Part shown: positions 26,501-32,000 of the stretch, piece by piece
Numbering within the stretch: position 1 is the first letter of the stretch
How the letters are laid out: the number at the start of each line of letters is the position of its first letter
Assembly (NCBI GenBank): GCA_965601825.1
Contig: OZ271839.1
Location: forward strand, 1,985,164 to 2,017,163
DNA: 32,000 nt
Direction: 5' to 3'
DNA from: Balneolaceae bacterium
Lineage (GTDB): Bacteria > Bacteroidota > Rhodothermia > Balneolales > Balneolaceae
Position numbers and translations under genes: made by a program
The notes under the pieces: generated by a model
What the model saw: the letters and a program-made list of their open reading frames with translations, nothing else
The model's database searches: none
What the model was told of the DNA's origin: nothing

Positions 26501-29500
26501 TCGTGGTGCAGGAGTTATCGCTGAATTCAAATTTGATGTGCCGGGTTGCTGGGCATATTCCATTGAAATCTGAGTACCGGCAACCATTTTTAATTCACCA
26601 TAATCAGTGGAGCCACCTAAACCCGTTGTACCTACGTTCTTAATATTCCCACTATTTGGAAGTGTACCAGTTGTCGGACGTACACGAATATTTGAAAAAG
26701 TTATTTCGGCCGGATTAGTTGTAGAAGCAGATGTAACTGTAAATGTAATTTGTGAGGTAGTTCTACTTGTGAATGGAATTAATAAATTCGTATTACCACC
26801 AAAAGCTGCGTTTACACTGGCTGAAGGTTCTCCTCCAGTAACATCCCACTCAAAACCTGTCGGTGCTTCAAATATGTAGGTACCCGCTGTAAACTCACCA
26901 ACAAAGCTTTCCTGAACTCTAGGTCCAGTAAGTGTTGTCCATGCAGGGGAGGGGGCAATACTTGCATCATCAGCTGAAATTTCTTCACCACCTTTAGCCG
27001 GTGTTAACGAACGAATTGCAATATCATATTTATTGGATAGATAATCTTCAACCGTTTCCTGATCAGCTAATGAAATCTCCTGATCATATAGAATTACTTC
27101 AGCAATCAAACCGTCCCAACTATCACCATTATCTAAAGGACCCTGGCCAATTATAGCTGTTGTGATATTTGATGCATCAAGTGTACCTGTAGGAATTGAA
27201 GTTGTTGATGTTGGATTACTTAATACACCATCAATGTACATCTCATAAGTTGTTTCTGAAGTCCATTTAAGCATTACAATTTGACCATCAGTTGTTTGAG
27301 CATCAGTAAAACTTTCAAGTGTAAATGCGGTTTGATCTCGCAATCCAGAAGTAATTACATTTGAAACTCCTGGTGTTGATGTTGCCGCATCATATCTAAG
27401 ACTGAAATATCGATCAGTAGTACCACCGGCAGGTGTTTCTGTAGCCCAGAATCCTCTATCAGTACTGGTTCCATCAGATTCTATAACAAAGAATATGGTA
27501 AGCCCGGATAATCCTCCCAGATAAGCTGTTTCAGCATCAGCATCTTCGAGTCTAACATTTGTACCTCCTGGAAATTCTATAGCTGCCTGTGAATTGATAC
27601 TTCCAACACTAGCTTGAAAAGTGGGATCGGTTCCGCCACTTGAAGTGAAATCATATCCATTACCACTTTGGTCTTGCCAGGTTGTAACAGAAGGACCACT
27701 TGTTACCACACCAGCATCACCCTTCAACCAAACCAGAAGTCCATTAACGGATTTTGGGATACTAAAAGAGATATTTCTGTCTTGTGGATTACTAGTGTCA
27801 GTACCATCATCTGCAATAAACCTGACAGTACGCAAATTATCTGTAGGTGTGGTAGCTGTATTTAGATAAGAAACTGTTCGAAGCGCAGATTCAAAGTCTG
27901 CTTTTGCAGCTGGGCCAGTTAATGTTAAAGTTCCACTACCACCATCCCATGAATCGGTAATTCCAAAAATATCATCAAATATTAATGAGTCTTCTGTACT
28001 TTCATAACCAGATGTAATCTGGATAGTAACACTCTCAATATTTGTATCGTCCGGATCAACAAGTGTAATTGCTTCTGTTATGATTACGGTATCACCAGCA
28101 GAATAAAATAAGCTGTTACTTTCGATATCTGATAAAGTGGGTGCAGTGTTTAGACTCGAAACCGAAATATCACGAGATTGAACATTACTGCTATCAATTC
28201 CATCAAAAACTCTGAATGTTACTTCACGGTCTAATCCAGTAACAGGATCGGAACTGATGTTTTCAAAGGTCACGCTTTGAAGTGCAGTTTGGTAGTTAGT
28301 TACACTAGAAGAACCGGTAAGGGTTAAAACACCCGTTGGTGAATCGAATGAACCAATAATTCCATTTTGAGGTGTAAACCCAAATACATCTTCACCTAAG
28401 AAGTAATTATTAGTGAATGATATTGTCGCTCCATCTAAATTAGCATCATCTGAATCTGAGACTGTCAATGAACCTGTAATTTGTATTGGACCATCATTTT
28501 CTGTGAAAGCTAAAGTAGTTCCTTCGATCGTAGCAATTGCCGGAGCTGCATTAAGAGGGGTAATAGTAATATTTCTTGAGACGATATTACTGATATCATC
28601 CCAGTCTATCACCTGAAAATCAATTTGTCTGGTTACAGTTGATGGACTCACACCATCTGTATTTTGATAAGTAACTGACTGAATTGCCGTTTCATAATCG
28701 GAGATAGTAGCACTACCTGACAATGTTAAAATACCTGTTCCAGAGTCATAAATACCGGTTATTCCACTAACCGGAGCGGGAAGTGTTAAAACATCTTCTG
28801 ATCCATCAAATCCTTCTGTAATAGAAATTGTAGCACTCGAAATGGTTTGATCAAAAGCTACAGGATCATCATTTGATATAGTTATTGAAGATGTCAAACC
28901 AACTGCAGGATCGCCTTCTGTATAACTGATATCCGAAAGTTCAATACCTGAAAGTACAGGAGGTACATTAAACCACTTATCACTTAAAAAACCATAGATA
29001 TTGGTGAAATCTGATGTGCTAAGTGAAGTGTTCCATGAAATAAATTCGGCTACTGTACCCGTGAAATTATTTGTTGTTGCTGGATTATTTGCAAATGTAA
29101 CTGGATCAACAGTCCCATCTTCTTCACCTATATTAGGATCACCACCATGACTATTCATGGTACCAGCGACTAGTGGACTTTGAATTATGGATCCACCATT
29201 AATATTTGCTTCCCATGTTGTTGAAGGCTGATCGTGACTAGCTATGATTATGTATGTAGTGTTTGTTTCAACAGTTCCAAGGTCAATCGATAAATCATCT
29301 CCACCTGTCCATTCAGTATTCACACTCCATGCGAAAGCATAAGCCGTTCCATCCTTAATAGATATTTGATACCCATTAGAACCACCACCTTGTTCATAAA
29401 TAATCTGAAGTCCTGATAAATCATTTCCTGTTCTGAATACGGCAGCAAATGATTTTTCAGTAAATGTGCTAGTATTTAAAATTGCGTTATCAGCTACTGC

Positions 29501-31663
29501 ATAGTTATCACCGTTATTCCCTCCATTGCCATCAAAAACAATCCCACCACGATTTCCTAAAACAGTAGAACTAAGAGAGGGCGAATCACCAGCGCTAGTA
29601 GTAGCTGCTATATCAGCTGTACTTGGTGGTCCCGGAAGGTTAACTGATCTATCTTCCCACGCTGATAATGCACCATCCGCAGGTTGTCCTGTACTACTGT
29701 CTCCATTCCCATCAGCATCTCGTGCATCAAAATGAAAAACTACTCCCGAAGACTGATAGATCCCTAAATCGGTGATGCTTTCAGGAAATTCAACATCTCT
29801 TGAAACCGTATTACCATCTTCAGTGCCGTCATTAGCAGTGAAGGAAATAGTTCTTATTGTGGTGGATGGTGGAGTACCAGTATTTTCAAAAGTTACAGAA
29901 CGGAGAGCTACCTCATAATTCGCAACCGTAGTTGAACCGCTCAATGTTAATTTTCCGCCAACTCCGTCCCAGGTTCCTGTAATTCCAAGTTGGTTGGTGA
30001 AGGCAAGAATATCTTCACTCGCATTGAAGCCGGATGTGATCTCAACAAACGCACTATCAATGTTTGTGTCATCCGCGTCTTCAAGCTGAATGCTGTTGGA
30101 AATTGTTTTTTGGCCTGATCCTTCAAAATAAACTAGAGATGCTGTTTCAACTTCAGTTAGAGAAGGAACAATGTTGACCTTAACTACAGTGATGTCTCGA
30201 GTTTCAGTATTACTATCATCATCGCCATCATTTATGGTGAAACTAATCGTTCTGGTATTTTCTACCGGTGCCGGATCTGTATTCTCATAGGTGACAGCTC
30301 GCAATGCTGTTTGATAATTTGCAACTGATGAAGTTCCTGAAAGAGTAAGGACTCCATTTATTGCATCCCAGCTTCCTGTTATACCTAGTTGGTCTGTGAA
30401 AGCAAGTACATCTTCAGAAGAATCAAAATTTCCTGTTATTTCAACTGTAGCATTTTCGATATCTGTATCATCACCATCGTAAGTAGATATATCATCGGTA
30501 ATGATTGTAGGTGAATCACCAGAGTTATATGTGATAGTTGAAACTTCAATACTATCTAAAATAGGTTCAGCATTTACTTGACTAATAAATGCGCCTAGCC
30601 CAGGCGCATTTTGATTAGAATATTCAGTAGCTATCCAGGCTGAATCTCTTGTTGTATTTGAAATTCGAACTTCATCAAAATCACCTAAATAAGGCCAGAA
30701 TGATGCAGTTGATAGGAAAAGATCTTCGTCATCAATATTAAATGACTCATTCGAGTTATCCGATGCTACCTCCGCACCATCTACATATATTGTTCTATCT
30801 CCATTTGAAGCACGTGTAAGAGTTAGATAGGACCAAACATTATTTGTGAGTTGTCCACCAGGTGAGGATAGAGCGTCATTATTAATCTGGAAATTGATTA
30901 CGCCGCCGGCTGTTGCCCAAACAGAGTAACCATTCAGATAGTCACCTTTGGTAAGAATATCCGGTCCACTTGCAAGATTGGCTATTCGAAGCCAGAATGA
31001 AATCGTAATGCTTCCTGAGATATCTAAAGGAGAAACTCCATTATCAACTACTGTGATTCTATCTCCTGTTCCGTTAAAATCGACAGCTCCTCCAATTTGC
31101 CCTGTCGTTAAAACAGTTCCTGTATCTGTACCATCAGTTCCTTCACCGGAAGCATCAGGAAAAGTTCCGACAGGATCTTCTTCATTTAAATGTAGGACCA
31201 TTTTATAATTAGAGTCCCAAACATTTTCACTTGAAGGATCTGTGCTTACAGTGGAATTCCCGAAATAAATATAGAATTCAGTATCTGTAGTTGGAGATAG
31301 TGTTGGAAATCGAACCCAAAAAACTAAACTACCGGCATCCGCATCATAATCTTCTATTTGATGACTCATGATCGTAGAACCATCTGCAGTTGTAAAGACA
31401 ATATCATAACCGAACTGATTCTCAACTTGTCCATTAGGGTTAACACTCCCAACCCATCTAAGCCTATCAACATTAGTAACACTTATTAATACAGGAAAAT
31501 TGGTAAGATCTGACGTTCCATAGACTTCAGATGAATTCACAATACCTTTCAAACGCTGAGAATAGCCCGGTAGCTGAGCTACAGCAATATCAAGCGACAT
31601 CCAAAATATTATCAACAGGATACCGCACTTAATCCAGTTATATTTTTTGTAATCTGGCGCCAT
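23552..31663 (-). CDS. Giant T9SS-secreted surface adhesin: DUF2341 + three LamG/ConA-like domains + five ~130-aa cadherin-like repeats + Ig-like (Big_1-like) domains + T9SS C-terminal sorting domain
   Basis: ATG 31663 (MAPDYKKYNWIKCGILLIIFWMSLDIAVA-Q signal peptide) preferred over tracked TTG 31693. DUF2341 pattern FPVLISV...GYDIVFTTADGSTIMSHQIEDYD...LVFWVRFPTL...FYIYFGN. LamG pattern GGAVDFNG..ITISFWLR..WSYLTLTR..TIYVDG..GDFDEVRIS. Invasin-like ATTTVTIQTKDSEGNNL..LLSVTSGSLGSVTDNLDGTYSATLTS. C-terminal YPNPFNPSTIIEF...SGVYFYRLQANGEVFIKKMTFIK. Confidence 0.85.
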   Translation of the reverse strand: MAPDYKKYNWIKCGILLIIFWMSLDIAVAQLPGYSQRLKGIVNSSEVYGTSDLTNFPVLISVTNVDRLRWVGSVNPNGQVENQFGYDIVFTTADGSTIMSHQIEDYDADAGSLVFWVRFPTLSPTTDTEFYIYFGNSTVSTDPSSENVWDSNYKMVLHLNEEDPVGTFPDASGEGTDGTDTGTVLTTGQIGGAVDFNGTGDRITVVDNGVSPLDISGSITISFWLRIANLASGPDILTKGDYLNGYSVWATAGGVINFQINNDALSSPGGQLTNNVWSYLTLTRASNGDRTIYVDGAEVASDNSNESFNIDDEDLFLSTASFWPYLGDFDEVRISNTTRDSAWIATEYSNQNAPGLGAFISQVNAEPILDSIEVSTITYNSGDSPTIITDDISTYDGDDTDIENATVEITGNFDSSEDVLAFTDQLGITGSWDAINGVLTLSGTSSVANYQTALRAVTYENTDPAPVENTRTISFTINDGDDDSNTETRDITVVKVNIVPSLTEVETASLVYFEGSGQKTISNSIQLEDADDTNIDSAFVEITSGFNASEDILAFTNQLGITGTWDGVGGKLTLSGSTTVANYEVALRSVTFENTGTPPSTTIRTISFTANDGTEDGNTVSRDVEFPESITDLGIYQSSGVVFHFDARDADGNGDSSTGQPADGALSAWEDRSVNLPGPPSTADIAATTSAGDSPSLSSTVLGNRGGIVFDGNGGNNGDNYAVADNAILNTSTFTEKSFAAVFRTGNDLSGLQIIYEQGGGSNGYQISIKDGTAYAFAWSVNTEWTGGDDLSIDLGTVETNTTYIIIASHDQPSTTWEANINGGSIIQSPLVAGTMNSHGGDPNIGEEDGTVDPVTFANNPATTNNFTGTVAEFISWNTSLSTSDFTNIYGFLSDKWFNVPPVLSGIELSDISYTEGDPAVGLTSSITISNDDPVAFDQTISSATISITEGFDGSEDVLTLPAPVSGITGIYDSGTGILTLSGSATISDYETAIQSVTYQNTDGVSPSTVTRQIDFQVIDWDDISNIVSRNITITPLNAAPAIATIEGTTLAFTENDGPIQITGSLTVSDSDDANLDGATISFTNNYFLGEDVFGFTPQNGIIGSFDSPTGVLTLTGSSSVTNYQTALQSVTFENISSDPVTGLDREVTFRVFDGIDSSNVQSRDISVSSLNTAPTLSDIESNSLFYSAGDTVIITEAITLVDPDDTNIESVTIQITSGYESTEDSLIFDDIFGITDSWDGGSGTLTLTGPAAKADFESALRTVSYLNTATTPTDNLRTVRFIADDGTDTSNPQDRNISFSIPKSVNGLLVWLKGDAGVVTSGPSVTTWQDQSGNGYDFTSSGGTDPTFQASVGSINSQAAIEFPGGTNVRLEDADAETAYLGGLSGLTIFFVIESDGTSTDRGFWATETPAGGTTDRYFSLRYDAATSTPGVSNVITSGLRDQTAFTLESFTDAQTTDGQIVMLKWTSETTYEMYIDGVLSNPTSTTSIPTGTLDASNITTAIIGQGPLDNGDSWDGLIAEVILYDQEISLADQETVEDYLSNKYDIAIRSLTPAKGGEEISADDASIAPSPAWTTLTGPRVQESFVGEFTAGTYIFEAPTGFEWDVTGGEPSASVNAAFGGNTNLLIPFTSRTTSQITFTVTSASTTNPAEITFSNIRVRPTTGTLPNSGNIKNVGTTGLGGSTDYGELKMVAGTQISMEYAQQPGTSNLNSAITPAPRIQLIDQFGNPVEESRIDVTMALNAVSGSGVFDIASTTLEETNLFGIAEFDNLIVDDTGTYNLTASSTGLTDTTSTDFDVVVLGQLTGFKVERVPFGNISDKLAGQNFNITLVAIDGAQDTVTTFNGTASLTSSNCNIGTGAGTTPSFTNGVLSSLTVSITDLGTCSITATNSAGAEEGTSNSFTVTPGAASELTTTISVSPTVIFNDGFATTTVTIQTKDSEGNNLTAGGETVLLSVTSGSLGSVTDNLDGTYSATLTSSIIAGTATISGTLNGASITNTAQVEYAEFNTQWQSSPGLPNVANDWDNAVNWSAGVVPGPTDKVLIPASPSQGTQQPVVSTTNTTIAQISIENAASVTVSGGINFVVTGETSGEGDIFGSNTDTLTVGGALDVNDATIGYIILNGSVKQTITSPNSFTNLEIDNSNGADFVGNVTVTDSLNLVDGVMFLPSGSNLIANSKSYGSGSIRMQREITGSIGWRLISSPFNTTYGDLLDGTLTQGYPGAFYTSTTSPGDTLQPNVLTYDETYDINIDGGSATDNQRYRAPTSSSQTLTQGQGMFLFVFGDIAADPLYNEALPDTLDAGGQEWNGDDTEVDFGITYTATADSGWNLIGNPFAATIDWDDTPNWTKTNVESTIYIWDPAANGGDGEYLTWNGITGTLPNGGLIAPFQGFWVKASDVSPVLKVKKDAKTQGNSFLRKGLDSGQEIIEDSIRVKQKSNDIPYPQIEIAITGENGRTKRTNILFSETAEIGKDDLDAFTLLPLSASHIEFHSLLENGTELAINNLPADFNSRYFIPLHFESFENGVPVSGNYTMKWNTLRGVPDDWIFILIDNETGDEINLFDQNSFSFNHTTRAKIRRNLDPLSPQQQLKAKASTMNTRFTLKISTEQIERDVPEAIFLNQNYPNPFNPSTIIEFGVDQTSNVLLEVYDILGRKVQTLIDGQQQPGRYETRFNANALASGVYFYRLQANGEVFIKKMTFIK
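23555..23806 (-). other. T9SS (Por) C-terminal sorting domain of the giant adhesin
   Basis: Last ~84 aa: NYPNPFNPSTIIEFGVDQTSNVLLEVYDILGRKVQTLIDG...YETRFNANALASGVYFYRLQANGEVFIKKMTFIK, the classic TIGR04183-type CTD pattern. Confidence 0.85.
27758..28963 (-). repeat. Three tandem ~130-aa protein repeats (R3-R5) inside the giant adhesin
   Basis: aa 911-1312. Each unit contains ..SEDVL.F....GI.G.(W/Y/F)D...G.LTL(S/T)G......Y..A(L/I)..V.(Y/F).N......R.(I/V).F...D. Similarity is at the protein level only. Confidence 0.7.
29786..30568 (-). repeat. Two tandem ~130-aa protein repeats (R1-R2) inside the giant adhesin
   Basis: aa 376-636: ..DSSEDVLAFTDQLGITGSWDAINGVLTLSGTSSVANYQTALRAVTYENT.. and ..NASEDILAFTNQLGITGTWDGVGGKLTLSGSTTVANYEVALRSVTFENT.. 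Confidence 0.7.
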
Positions 31664-31759
31664 ATGAATTAATTCGAAAACAAATATAGCCAAACCTACC
31701 TTTTTAGTAGGCTTAATTAGTGGATTCTAATTAGATACCGTGCTTATCGAACTCTTTGC

Positions 31760-32000
31760 TTATTTAATAAGAGTCATTTGACGAGTAATCACTTTAGTCG
31801 GAGTTGTGAGTCTATAAAAATACACTCCAGACGATAGTGAAGAAGCGTTGAATTGAACAGAATAGAAACCAGCAAATTGAGATTCATTTACCAAAGTCTG
31901 TACTCTTCGTCCTAGTAGATCGTAAATTTCTAGTAATACATCGCTATTAACATCTAACCCATAATTAATAGTTGTAGATGGATTAAATGGATTCGGGTAG
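31760..32000 (-). CDS. 3' end of a second T9SS-secreted protein (C-terminal sorting domain only; gene continues beyond the window)
   Basis: Not in the ORF track because it has no start inside the window. My hand translation of the - strand gives YPNPFNPSTTINYGLDVNSDVLLEIYDLLGRRVQTLVNESQFAGFYSVQFNASSLSSGVYFYRLTTPTKVITRQMTLIK-stop (TAA at 31760-31762), a canonical T9SS CTD. Confidence 0.8.
   Translation of the reverse strand, partial: YPNPFNPSTTINYGLDVNSDVLLEIYDLLGRRVQTLVNESQFAGFYSVQFNASSLSSGVYFYRLTTPTKVITRQMTLIK

Noticed and set aside
27758-30568. CRISPR array or tandem DNA repeat
   Set aside because: The periodicity is ~390 nt and exists only at the protein level, inside one uninterrupted ORF. 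There are no short identical direct repeats with unique spacers.
24132-31208. Eight + strand ORFs of 65-97 aa inside the giant adhesin gene; similar ones at 10010-10219, 11164-11409, 12452-12763, 14347-16047 and 20948-21166
   Set aside because: All are antisense to long ORFs with strong domain signatures. They are Val/Pro/Ser-rich mirror translations of Thr/Gly/Asn-rich coding sequence. None has independent start context or an intergenic setting.
31664-31693. TTG-initiated 10-codon N-terminal extension of the giant adhesin ORF (MAIFVFELIH)
   Set aside because: ATG 31663 gives a canonical signal peptide (KK n-region, hydrophobic core, AVA-Q). The extension would also contain the TATATTTG promoter-like box at 31681-31688.
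9169-32000. Mobile genomic island, prophage or integrative element
   Set aside because: I saw no integrase, transposase, tRNA attachment site, flanking direct repeats or phage genes. Base composition looks similar by eye to the housekeeping half. The boundary at 9169-9224 is simply a convergent-gene terminator.

Overview
AT-rich bacterial chromosome segment that looks like an FCB-group (Bacteroidota/Balneolota-like) organism. Genes lack Shine-Dalgarno sequences, two proteins end in type IX secretion (T9SS) C-terminal sorting domains, and TAnnTTTG promoter-like boxes precede transcription units. Bases 1-9170 (+ strand) are ordinary housekeeping: a CheY-like receiver, a membrane protein with 30-aa tandem repeats, a plastidic-type ferredoxin-NADP reductase, alaS, and a pdhA-pdhB-E2 operon ending in a strong terminator. 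From 9222 to the right edge everything is on the - strand and forms a ~22.5 kb envelope/surface locus with four parts. (i) A ~2700-aa T9SS-secreted DUF2341/LamG/Ig-like adhesin, plus the tail of a second T9SS cargo gene. (ii) Three tightly coupled genes with pseudopilin-like (GspI/J/K- or PilV/W/X-like) N-terminal anchors, plus a small secreted beta-sandwich protein. (iii) Four paralogous small secreted DUF4402/Csu/SCPU-like fimbrial subunits, a PapD-like chaperone and a 998-aa usher-like outer-membrane protein. (iv) Translationally coupled directly behind the usher: a membrane-anchored full-length FliG homologue, a TPR lipoprotein, a MotA-type 4-TM channel, and a MotB-type protein carrying OmpA-like plus three SPOR-like domains. 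The main finding is this coupling of a chaperone-usher pathway to a FliG/MotAB rotary-motor-like module with no other flagellar gene in view; to my knowledge it is undescribed. All family assignments come from motif recognition by eye, and no search or structure prediction was run.
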